Source of the DNA: an uncultured Candidatus Saccharibacteria bacterium
Lineage (GTDB): Bacteria > Patescibacteriota > Saccharimonadia > Saccharimonadales > JALRHH01
Direction: 5' to 3'
Assembly: GCA_964639295.1 (NCBI GenBank)
Contig: CAZXDT010000001.1
Coordinates: 245,068-309,067 of the forward strand
DNA: 64,000 nt
In this document: piece after piece, positions 10,601-19,200 of the stretch
Layout: the number at the start of each line of letters is the position of its first letter
Numbering within the stretch: position 1 is the stretch's first letter
Position numbers and translations under genes: made by a program
Notes under the pieces: model-generated
Told to the model about the DNA's origin: nothing
Databases searched by the model: none
The model's input: the letters and a program-made list of their open reading frames with translations, nothing else

Positions 10601-10829
10601 CAGGACTTGCCGCCTGTACGTGTTGCGTACCCGCACGCGTAATAGAATATACAGAGGTCAGAGTTACCAAAACCAAGAAAACAACAAACACCCTCTTCGC
10701 AATTAGCGCAAGGGTGTGACGTAACAGTACCGGTATGTTGGTTGGTTTTGACACTTTGTTTTGTAATTTTTTGTATTGGCTTTTTGCAAACGTTTTTGTT
10801 TGATTTTGCGTATCCCTAGGCAGAATCAT
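4668..10829 (-). CDS. Giant (2053 aa) N-terminally anchored fibre protein with a tailspike-like right-handed beta-helix module, a CBM-like jelly-roll segment and a conserved C-terminal domain
   Basis: ORF track, ATG start. Signal anchor is AKRVFVVFLVLVTLTSVYSI. The fibre is T/G/S/N/A-rich. Neck motif GGNTASRPASPAEGMLYYDSTTKQLLIYANGKWQADR (~8395-8505) is followed by KVYLTEGTFVANGTILIPSNTTLIGAG and ~280 aa of imperfect ~22-aa N/G/I/T coils (~7400-8260), as in PbH1/pectate-lyase-like beta-helices. NGGAE...FYIDNLSVTE (~5400-5880) resembles CBM4/9-type modules. The last ~190 aa are shared with the 3332-aa protein. Confidence 0.9.
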   Translation of the reverse strand: MILPRDTQNQTKTFAKSQYKKLQNKVSKPTNIPVLLRHTLALIAKRVFVVFLVLVTLTSVYSITRAGTQHVQAASPATLNFQARLLNSSGSLVPDGIYNVEFKIFNASTSSGSSQGSCTGDANCLWTETRLSSDPSNQQIEVKNGYLSAYLGDKTSLPTNIWNQQLWLTMNIGGVGLATWDGEMTPRIRLTSVPFAFRATVADSAETLQKNTGSFTGTVDFATMTADRKFLFPDTSLATTASPGTICVFNGSVSNCPAATGSAYYIHNDTGLQTQSNFNIQAKDSGVNGTAAGVFRGADAGQTVDLVEYQATNGTVLGSVTAAGNLKVAASVDTYTGTTLSIGTTNATAITIGKAAMTTTVGGALTVTEAGTFSSTLDINGLTTAKGGLVVTNAGNVSFQKGSDYSTVGSQNDVDFGTGALFRLTGLSAQTITGIANGADGRRITLVNAGSAVATIANLSGASASNNQITTGTGGSLSIPVGATIELVYDSSSTVWRVTGGSAATGGVGVNTVGTFSNTSIANGASISGTTITFGAADTTNPGMVSTGTQTFAGNKTFQGTLTVGNATATDDQIITAITTGGAARFTGTVTNADLTSNQVYTLPNATGTVITTGNLTDITTVGTITAGVWNGTALTDTYVSNSITIDSSGSVDWTALTNYPGACTAGQAITQLDDTVTCSAFAVGSAASYIQNQNAGAQTTSNYWISGSGRADVSFLTPLLDTATAAALGVGTGNANAVNISKAGVVTTINGSLTVTEAATFNSDVTIAAGKYLKLTGGNTASRPASPAEGMLYYDSTTKQLLIYANGKWQADRSDSTKIVAASGASQAVKDAADYVATGTGDQTVINTALNAAAGGKVYLTEGTFVANGTILIPSNTTLIGAGLNTVVQLNVGSGSDHLIENKDVPGTGVGIRDMTIDGSLGTGGTQDGVYFDQMSDLSNASLTGLSLGGWDHGNALHLLNSSSLVNFTGNKSTSGIIIDNSVIYNFTGNSLLADLVVTNSASVAVISGNLMTNLSLTTGAVVFNFSGNAAANVSVDNSVMSNIVGNTLSAITLDTSSGTNINGNKINANGVNGITLINSDNTRITSNYVYDQGASGVAISIDATSNFSYISDNEFDPLDINDTSGNSVYGGQVDNLGNFAIQPTGTIELLKNTNITGNLDVSGTLNVGSSNQLQVDASGNLSTSGSLTVTNAGTDITTGTNQDLTVVANGTGQIILNDTVQVGTLGTASNATYICRNASNQFAACNATGTGAAFVQGGNTFGAAADLGTNDAFALNLRTGGTTKAVLNTSGDLAFQQASTVSTTTGALTLTSAAATTWSTSAGNLSLDAAASLNLGASSATAVSVSRTGVTTTINGALTVTQASTFNGNVSVSGSNTLTVGGISRLNGNVGVNIGAATPTADLTFGENGGSGRNINVLTRTTNAAGDGLTIKAGAAGSGASAFAGGVLTLQGGGAGGTGNANGGAVTIVGGAGVGTGTQGLVNLATTAFTSASEQAFATSVSITAGNVDVYSTLPVKATATGLTLTVPDPAQNVIGRLLYISARSGSSDFTMRLNSARTPIDIAMKANSTATLIWNGTDWTAAGASSSTDLQSAYNNTLTSAGGAELVLNASGGAADGFTIRNNGTTPINGGLLEVQSSIGTNLFSVNNYATEYATNGGAETAGGSSTTFPASTWAAGAGGGTVTREAVTAGFIATGQASVKVVTTGSTQGAKDTLSIALTSTKAYQVSFTSKLSTAGPVSTIDVVYSGNGTADNATCVTGQAIASTAWSKITCTFTATGTINSSNAIVIRQSDGTGRTFYIDNLSVTEISTTTTPSNVQIGGGLLGGQPTLFTLDRFSSAPVANGNTTYYGSMYYDTTTGRIQCYESDGWGACGSAPDNIITLTPEYTGAVLNGSGVGVMTADFCANESTVLVVGSLCANHEARSFYRWTSPQATDQTYDVYVNYKLPSTFKGFYDANTIKLTAYKDHATNAGATLNVYRKNVIGNVITQCGSSTTVTTGTGAWNQTALTGDETACGFVAGDYVIFKITVTSKSSGNVYIENLDFTFSNT

Positions 10830-10833
10830 TGTG

Positions 10834-10862
10834 GGGCGGATATATTTTTATCCGCCCTTTTT
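10834..10862. promoter_or_regulatory. Strong GC hairpin 4 nt upstream of the start codon of the 2053-aa gene (5'-UTR structure, or a plus-sense terminator)
   Basis: 9-bp stem GGGCGGATA (10834-10842) / TATCCGCCC (10849-10857), 6-nt loop. The T-run 10858-10862 is present only in plus sense. The ATG is at 10827-10829, and no SD is visible between hairpin and ATG. Confidence 0.5.
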
Positions 10863-11270
10863 CGTTTTAACTTTTGCCAAATGTTTTTGTCCCTAGGTAC
10901 CACTTGTGAGGAGAATGGATCCTATGCCCTCTATTATCCCCTTATCAACAGATTAGGACAAGCGTAATGACACAAGTTTTTTATAGTTCCTTCAGTTTAT
11001 ATGATTTCAGAATTCGTCTTAAAATATCGTTGTTATAAGAACTACAATTTATTAAATAATCCCCGTGTTTTTAGTTTTTCTATCTGTTAGTTATCTGCAC
11101 AAAGTGAATAATAATCGTTGTTAATATAACAATTTACTACTTCTTCCGTATACATTTTTTCATAGTTTTCCACAGGCATTTTTGCCAATTTTGACCGAAT
11201 TTGCACAATTTTGACACATCAAAAAATACCATGAATGATCTTAACGTTGGGTACATAAAATGCGCAAAGT

Positions 11271-14200
11271 CTATACGCCGAGCGGACAGGTATCGAATGG
11301 ACTGAGATCACCCTTCTGTAAGGTCTGACCATGTCGTAAACGTATGTTTGGCGCTGGGCGAACATAATTGTAGTTAACGGAAAAGTCTGTGACACCTGCT
11401 ACATCTGTAGGAGCCTCTCCAAATGTACCTCCGGTTGCACCACCAGCCATGTCATCAAAGGTAATCATGACAAAGACATATCGTGCCTTGACCACTGTTA
11501 GACTACATACAAGATCAGGGGTATTAGGGGCAATGCTTGATGCGCTGAACGTCAGATTTGTGCTCGTCGCAGTCTTGTAGCTTATGTTGCCAAAACTGTC
11601 TGCGAGAGACCCGTTATACATAATGCTATTTACTCTGGCGTTGTCTGCCCCAAGGTCAACTATTTTAGAATAACGCCCGATACGTGGTTGCAACTGCAAA
11701 GCGGCACCTTGGCTGTCCGCTAACAGTGCCGAACCTGTCTTCATACCCCCTAAGATGTAGAAATAACCGTTAGTAATGACGCTGGCGTGAGTATATCTTG
11801 GGTCCGTATAAGAACCAAAGCGGACAGACCACTCACCTGTACTTCCACCGGTGTAAACTTGAGCTGCCTGGGTATCAGACTGGTATGTGGAACAGCTGCC
11901 AGAGCTGTTTGCACTACAGCCTCCACTCAAGTACAGCGTACCGTTACGAGCAGTTAGAGCGGCCCCGTAGCGGGCTATAGAGATACTTGTCGAAGCATTC
12001 CACGTACTACTGACGGTTCCATCAGTGTTAATAGTTGCATACTGTACGTCATCTTTAAAAGTAGTACAGTTGCCTGATGACATGGCACTACAGCCTGCCA
12101 TAACGTATAAATTACCGGCATACGCCACTACGTTTTGCAGGAAGCGACCTGTGGCAAAAGTACCCCCCGTTACAGTCCAGCTGCCTAGGCTACCATCCAC
12201 ATTCACCTGGGCATATTCGACGGTGTCTTTGAAGGTACTACAGTTACCAGACGTAGTTGCACTACAACCACCTATGACATACAAGTAACCATTGTAGGAA
12301 GCGGCCGAGAGACCATAGCGTGCAGTGGCAAGTGTAGTGCCAGCGCTCGCCCAACTATTACCAGTTGTATTACCGTCACTGTTAAGCTTTACTCGCTGAA
12401 CATCATTCAGGAAAGCCGTACAGAAGCCGTTAGTACCACCTGTGGAGCTACAGCCACCCATGACGTACAAATACCCATTGTAAGCAGCCATAGCGTGGCC
12501 ATAACGAGCAGTGGGTACATTGCCCGCTGTGGTTAATGTACCCCATGTTAGGGTGCCGTCCACGGCAATAGAAGCATATCTTGTATCGTTTGTAGAAACC
12601 GTACAACCCGCAATACCTGTAGCTGTACTACACCCCCCTGTTAGATAAATGTAGCCGTTGTAGGCGACTGCAGCCGTTTGAGAACGCGCTGTCGTGAAAC
12701 TTCCCTTATTAGCTCCTGCCTGGGCATATTCACCACCCCCGTTATTAATCTGTGCATTCTGATAGGTGATAAGCATCTGAGCAGTACCGTTACAGTTAAG
12801 AGTTCCTAAGGTTGACCTCGACGAACATCCACCTATGACATACAGATTACCATTAGTGATAACCGTTCCGTGATCATAGCGCTGCGTCGAGAAACTAGTT
12901 GTAGTAGTCCAGCCACCTAGGCTACCGTTCGAGATATTTACTTGTGCTTTATAAACAGTCGCATACGTAGCAGAGGCACCTGCACCATTCTGACCACCGG
13001 TTATATACACGTATCCATTACTAAAGTTCACATTGTAGTCCATGAGTCCATTTGCACTAGCAAAGCTGGAACCGCTACCACCATTAGTAGCGTTGTTTGC
13101 ATCTTTCCAGCCGACTGTACCATCAAGCGTACCGTCGCTTTTGATCGGTATGAACCATACATCATCTGCATCATTTGTCTGGAAACCCCACTCATTGCCA
13201 CCCGCAGTATTATCTCCTCCAACAAGATATAGTCTGTTATTAGCAACAAAGGTCTTAGGCTCAGCACGTCCCACATTGGACGGAAGGTTTGTTGTTGTGG
13301 CAAAAGTCCCAACACCACCGCCTGCAGCTAACGGCGCATAGTAAACGGTAGCATAGCTAACACTTGCACCTCCAGGATTACCGCCATCATTACGTCCGCC
13401 TATGAGGTATATATTTCCATTATATATTTCCATAGAGATCTTAGAGCGCCCATCAGCATCGTTGTAAACAGTGGTACTATTTGTTACAAAATCGGCAAGC
13501 TGGGTAGTCCAAGTAGCAGCGCCACCTGTTCCACGAAGATCACCAGCAGCAGCACAGCCAGTAACTGGAGTATTCACACCAGTACATACTACCGCCGACT
13601 GCACATCACTCCAAAATGTTCGGGCAGTCCCACTAGCATTAGTCCAACCACCCGCCATGTAGACGTAGCCATTGTATGCTTTGGCAGCAAACTCTACTCG
13701 CCCAGGACAACTACTGGCTCCGCTACAAAAATCTCCACCAACGCTTGTAACGTTATTGAAGGTTGCAGAAGCAGTCGCCCAAGTGCCAAGCGTGCCATCG
13801 GCGTTAATTTGAGCATATCGAGTAGTGTTGAGCATATTCACAGTTGCACCTGCATTTGAGACTGTGCCGCCAATAGCGTATATAAAACCACCATAAGAAA
13901 CTGTAGAAAATCCTGTGCGTCCATTTGTGGGTTCATAGTTTGCTGCTGTACCGTAAGCCGCAGTAACACCTGGGGTATCAATCTTCGCCACCTGGACATC
14001 GTTCGTCGTGGCGTTACAACTAGCAGCGGTACACCCACCAATAATGTACATGTAGCCGTTCGTTATAAGTGTGCCTGAGTACTCTCTGGACGTGCCACTA
14101 TATAAAGAGGTTGATTTGATCGGTGCAATTGAGCCATCCGCCTGTACCTGCGCGTACTGTGTGATATGCGTATTACCACCACCTATACCCGTATATGTGA

Positions 14201-16193
14201 AATAGTATATATACCCCTTATACACAGCTGCTTCCGTTTCGAGTGAAGGGCTTGCAAATGCATTTGGTGAGGTAGTCCATGTTGTCCCCAGGGAGCCATC
14301 TGCATTTATGGTCGTATATTGTGTGTCTGTTGCGCGAATACTATTACTCGTACATGTCGAGAAAAGGTTTTGCGTACACCCGCCCATAATATAAATCCGC
14401 CCATTATAAGCAACCGCTGCGCCCCTGTGTCGCCCTATAGGCAGTGCGTTACCTCCATTATTACTCCATGTACCAAGTGAACCATCCGCCCGTAGTTGTG
14501 CGTACTGGATAGTGGTAATCCTAACTGTACTGTTACAATTTATCCACGTTCCGCTACAACCGCCCAGAAGGTATACGTAGCCGTTATATACAGCCGACTG
14601 AGCAACTGCTGTCGCCTGGAACAAATTTGAACCCGCATTCCATGTACCAAGCGAACCAGCAGTGGAACTACAGCCGTTAACACCACTGTTGCTCCCTGTA
14701 CATATTTGCGCATAGTACGTATTCTGGAATGAAGCATTAGTGGCATTACCTCCACCAAGTACATAGATAAATCCGTTATAAACAACAATATTGGTAACAT
14801 CGAGTTGGTTACCAGCCAGCGTAGTTGCCGCAACCCAGTTACCAAGTTTGCCCGCTGTAGCATTCGAGTCACATCCCAAAGGCGTGTTACTACTTGGCCC
14901 TGTACAAATCAGTGCATAGTACACATTATTCGTTCCAACTCCGCCAGTTAGGCTACCGGCAACGCCGTAGAGATACCCATTGTAGGCAGCAGTTCCAGCA
15001 AACCCTGTTGCTGGAAAAAGCGTAGTCCCCGTATTGGCTGCACCAGCCCACGATCCAATAGTACCGCCCGTTAGACTACCCCTGTTTACTCGGTCTGTTC
15101 CAAAATCTATATTGCCTTCGTCGTTACCACCCGTTGCAAAGTCCGATGTTGATGTCACTAGCACACTTGGGTCGATACTGAACGTGCCCTTAATATCTGC
15201 TAGATGCGATGCTACTACTGCTAACTGATTATTATGCAGTTCAAAACGGGCGTTTGCGGAGCCCCTCTCGCCATTAGTTGTGATGACTGGTGCAGGAATA
15301 CCGAATACAAGGTTTGTTTTTTCTGCCTTTTCTCGAGCCTTATCCACTAATTCACGGTCCCTGTCACTGCCGTAGCTCATATTAGTAAACAGAGTTGGAT
15401 CCCCAGAGTAAATACCAATACCGCCACTACCATCTGGGAGCTGCCTGGCCTCAAGTGACTTTGGTAGCTCCAATTTGTAGCTGAAGCTTAAACTATCCTG
15501 CTTGTTGTTTGTAACAACAATATCTTCTTTAAGTCCATTATTTTTTAATGTATAGACTGCTTGAGGACCGCTATCCAACGGGAAGATGATCCTACCCTGC
15601 TCTGCTTTTGCGGGAAGGCTGTTGAACTGTGGGACGAGCTTGAAGCTAAGCTTAGAGTTAACATCATGATATGTAACCCCTTTTTTAGGGTCAGCTGGGA
15701 CATCTAAGGCGTAGAGTGACTTGGTTTTATCACCTGCACCACCAACCTGCTGCTGAAGAGCATCTACTGGGTTGTATTCCTTGATGGCATCCTTGTTGAA
15801 TTCATATGTCTGAGTCTGGGCGTTGAACTTGAGCTTACCGGAAAGAGCCTGGTTGTTTTTACCAACGAGTCCGATTGTATCCTGTGATAGACGATAGCGT
15901 TTGTTAGGAAATATATCTCCTACGTAAGGAGTCACAATGGATACTAGCAAGACAAAGGCCACAACTACATTAGTTGTGCGCCACCCCAGACGATGTTTAC
16001 TGTCCTGGTGCTGCCACCAGGACACAACCTTCTTGAATAGGCGTTTCTTCCTTGTATTCATCTGTCTCACCTCTTCTAAGACAGACTGTGTATCAAAACG
16101 ATGGCTAAACACAGCAACACGACGGACATACTGTGATGTTCGTCGCGTGCTTAGTGTGGTGATGTTTTTTGTTTTTGTCATAGTGCCAGTCAC
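11271..16193 (-). CDS. Giant membrane-anchored Kelch-like protein with ~18 blades, enough for three six-bladed propellers
   Basis: ORF track. The 16193 start is GTG. A better start is ATG at 16061 (MNTRKKRLFKK..), preceded by GAGGTG 6 nt upstream. TM is NVVVAFVLLVSIVTPYV. The N-domain is paralogous to that of the 1-4019 product. There are 18 copies of the [AV]xYNGxxYxxGGC-type blade motif, most with paired Cys (GGCSxxxxxxC). Confidence 0.9.
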   Translation of the reverse strand: MTGTMTKTKNITTLSTRRTSQYVRRVAVFSHRFDTQSVLEEVRQMNTRKKRLFKKVVSWWQHQDSKHRLGWRTTNVVVAFVLLVSIVTPYVGDIFPNKRYRLSQDTIGLVGKNNQALSGKLKFNAQTQTYEFNKDAIKEYNPVDALQQQVGGAGDKTKSLYALDVPADPKKGVTYHDVNSKLSFKLVPQFNSLPAKAEQGRIIFPLDSGPQAVYTLKNNGLKEDIVVTNNKQDSLSFSYKLELPKSLEARQLPDGSGGIGIYSGDPTLFTNMSYGSDRDRELVDKAREKAEKTNLVFGIPAPVITTNGERGSANARFELHNNQLAVVASHLADIKGTFSIDPSVLVTSTSDFATGGNDEGNIDFGTDRVNRGSLTGGTIGSWAGAANTGTTLFPATGFAGTAAYNGYLYGVAGSLTGGVGTNNVYYALICTGPSSNTPLGCDSNATAGKLGNWVAATTLAGNQLDVTNIVVYNGFIYVLGGGNATNASFQNTYYAQICTGSNSGVNGCSSTAGSLGTWNAGSNLFQATAVAQSAVYNGYVYLLGGCSGTWINCNSTVRITTIQYAQLRADGSLGTWSNNGGNALPIGRHRGAAVAYNGRIYIMGGCTQNLFSTCTSNSIRATDTQYTTINADGSLGTTWTTSPNAFASPSLETEAAVYKGYIYYFTYTGIGGGNTHITQYAQVQADGSIAPIKSTSLYSGTSREYSGTLITNGYMYIIGGCTAASCNATTNDVQVAKIDTPGVTAAYGTAANYEPTNGRTGFSTVSYGGFIYAIGGTVSNAGATVNMLNTTRYAQINADGTLGTWATASATFNNVTSVGGDFCSGASSCPGRVEFAAKAYNGYVYMAGGWTNASGTARTFWSDVQSAVVCTGVNTPVTGCAAAGDLRGTGGAATWTTQLADFVTNSTTVYNDADGRSKISMEIYNGNIYLIGGRNDGGNPGGASVSYATVYYAPLAAGGGVGTFATTTNLPSNVGRAEPKTFVANNRLYLVGGDNTAGGNEWGFQTNDADDVWFIPIKSDGTLDGTVGWKDANNATNGGSGSSFASANGLMDYNVNFSNGYVYITGGQNGAGASATYATVYKAQVNISNGSLGGWTTTTSFSTQRYDHGTVITNGNLYVIGGCSSRSTLGTLNCNGTAQMLITYQNAQINNGGGEYAQAGANKGSFTTARSQTAAVAYNGYIYLTGGCSTATGIAGCTVSTNDTRYASIAVDGTLTWGTLTTAGNVPTARYGHAMAAYNGYLYVMGGCSSTGGTNGFCTAFLNDVQRVKLNSDGNTTGNSWASAGTTLATARYGLSAASYNGYLYVIGGCSATTSGNCSTFKDTVEYAQVNVDGSLGSWTVTGGTFATGRFLQNVVAYAGNLYVMAGCSAMSSGNCTTFKDDVQYATINTDGTVSSTWNASTSISIARYGAALTARNGTLYLSGGCSANSSGSCSTYQSDTQAAQVYTGGSTGEWSVRFGSYTDPRYTHASVITNGYFYILGGMKTGSALLADSQGAALQLQPRIGRYSKIVDLGADNARVNSIMYNGSLADSFGNISYKTATSTNLTFSASSIAPNTPDLVCSLTVVKARYVFVMITFDDMAGGATGGTFGEAPTDVAGVTDFSVNYNYVRPAPNIRLRHGQTLQKGDLSPFDTCPLGV

Positions 16194-16219
16194 GGTGCCG
16201 TTTTTATCTCATAGGTTTC

Positions 16220-19200
16220 CTAGAACTTACTGTTATATCTTAGTGTAATATTTCCAAGGAATGTTATTGGGTAGTTTGTGCTGTTAGCCGTACCACTCAT
16301 CCTAATCTTAATGGTCATCCAGTCATTGGTCGTGTAGTTACCACTTAATGACCCTGCTGCTACGTCAGCCCAAGTTGTACCAGGGGTACCCGTGGTATAT
16401 GTTGATGGATAGTTCGTTTCAAAGGTATTATTACTGTCAACTATAGCGATACCGTATGCGGCACTAGAAGCACCGGGTGTAGTACGCATCATCTGAATCT
16501 TAATTGGATCCCCAACCGTATCCCATCCATCCCAGTCCTTAGGAATTGGTACCTGTACAACCACGTCATAACACTGGGCTGATGTCTGTGTCGTAGTCCA
16601 CTGGTAGTTATTCATACGAGGGTTGCTTGCAGTATCGAAGCCACTCGTCATTGTACCGTTGTTTGCACTACTACAACTTGAGTCCGCGGCTGCGTCGAGC
16701 ACCGCCCCAGCAAACTCTGGCTGGAGCACGATTGTCTTAACATTTCTTGCTGTACCGTTAAGCGTAAACGCCCCTGTTGTTGTACCACCAGAACCACTCA
16801 AAGTTATGCCGTTACTCGTAGAACCGATCTGTATGGCACCGCTACCAGCTACGCTGAACAGCGTTGCGGCTGAGTTATTTTGAATCAAGAAGTTGCCAGT
16901 TGCACCAGTGCCACAAGCAGTACAGTTGAGCTTCATGATGATACTTGGATCTGTTGTAGTATCTGCAGCGGTGAAGCTAATGTTCTTGTTGTCAGCAAGT
17001 GTGATGTCAGCAGGTGAAGAAGCGTTGTATACACTCTGGAGGCTACTTACCGTACATGTACCCCATGAAGGGGCTGCAACACCATTACCGGAGATCAGAC
17101 ACTGGCCAGTTGAACCTACTGCAGTTACACCGAATGCACTTGTACCATTGCCAAACAGCACCCCATATTGAGTAAAGCTAGCGGCGCCAGAGCCACCATA
17201 CTGAACACCAACAGTAGATCCATTCCATGTACCGGCTGTCACGACACCACTTGTGTTCACGGCAAAGGCGTTTGCAGTACCTACATTCAATGAGCCCTCG
17301 AAGTCTGCATTTACGGTCGCAGTAAGGCTACCAGTAATGTTTGTAGTCTTCATGAGTTCTATCGTTCCTGAAGGCTGGAGTTGGTAGTTGCCAGATGCAT
17401 TCTCTTGCCCAGCTAATACTCTTGTTGCATCAGTGCCACTAATGGCTCCACCCGCCATAATATTGCTACCCAAGATGGTGCCTGTACCGTTATCTGAAAT
17501 ACCTGCACCGTTAAGACCGTTATTTGCAAAGTAGTTATTGTCTGAGGTACTGTTCGTAACAACAAGTCCATTACAAGTAGTAGTACAGCTTGTGTCTGTT
17601 ATGTTGTTTCCGGTAATAGTGTTACCGTCTGAGGTTGTGAGAGAAACCGCATTGTTGGCTGTAGCACCACCCGTATCACTCACTGCATTTCCACTAATAA
17701 TGTTGTTGTTACTAGACAGTAGTGAGAAACCATTCGCGGCATTTGTATTTACCGTGTTACCGGTAACAGTGTTATTAGAACTTGAACTTAGGAAGACGCC
17801 GTTTAGAGTATTGCCTTGTAGAGTGTTACCTGTAATGGTGTTGAACGAGCTACTGGACATGTAAATACCCATGTTGTCACTACCCTGTGCGGTGTTACCG
17901 GTAATATTGTTATGAGAACTTGAGATAAGCATAATACCTGCGGTAGCATTACCTTCAGTAGTGTTATCGCTAATAGTGTTGTTGTTTGAGTTGCGTATAC
18001 ATATACCTGCACCCAATTGACAAGTCGCAACTGCACCGCTGTACCAGTTATTGCTCTGAACATTACGTATCTTAGCACCTGGACGAGCACTTGTACCCGA
18101 GCCGCCGCCCATGTTATTGAAGTCAATTCCACTCATACCAACGGCTGTGGCTTGTTGGGACTTATTGCCATCAAGACGTAGATCTTGAACCGTTACATTT
18201 GTACCAGTGGTAGTATCAGTGTTAACTATGGCACTAAAGTTAGTGTTTAGAGCGTTAGGGATGGTTATAAGCGTGCCTGCTCCTACACCGGATAGTGTAG
18301 TGTTGTTCGGTATAGAGATGCTTCCATCAATAGTGTACGTACCGGCAAGAAGAACAACTTTCTTACCAGACGCAGTGGTTAACGCACTGTTAATTTGAAC
18401 CTGATCACCATCGAGTGCAGCTCCTGTGTTGCCATCGCCTACATAGTCAGCAGCGTCTTTATCATTCTGGCTACTGTCACTTGCTGCAACGTAGATTGCA
18501 TCGCCACGATCAGCCTGCCACTTACCATTAGAGTAGGTCATGATCCGCTTAGTATCAGTATCGTAGTAAGTCATACCCTCAGTTGGTGAACCAGGACGTG
18601 AAGCAGTGTTGCCACCGACAATACGGAGGTATTGACCAGCGGCAACTGTGACATTCTTATTTAGGTTGATACCTGTAGCGTTGGTTGTGCCGATATTAAG
18701 CAGAGCAGCTGTTGGGGTGTCGATAAGTGGGGTGGTAATGCTCGTATCAGCACGACCTGTGCCACTAATCCAGAAGTTACTTGCAGACTGTTGTCCGGCA
18801 TTCTGGTTCTGTATGTATGAACTGGAACCGGACCCAGCAGCATAACCAGTACAGACAGAGCCTGTAGTACAGATAGTACCGTCTTCGTTAGGTAGTGTCC
18901 AGGTACGTGCGGCAGTTAGGTCGGCATTGGTGATTGTGCCGTCAAAGCGGGCAGCACCAACTGCAGCAACTACAACTTTAATGCGATCCTGTGTTGCGGT
19001 TGCACTATCGACAGTGACCCCTCGTATGGTTGCTACGCCCGTGAAGCTACTGGTGCTTGTAACAGAGAACGTTCCAGTAACATTTGTGTTCTTCGTGAGT
19101 TCAATTGTGCCAGCAGGTTGGATGTAGTAGTTGCCGTTGGCTTCATCCTTTACCTGGCCGTTGAAGATGGTAGTTGTACCACCATCGTTTACAGAACCAC

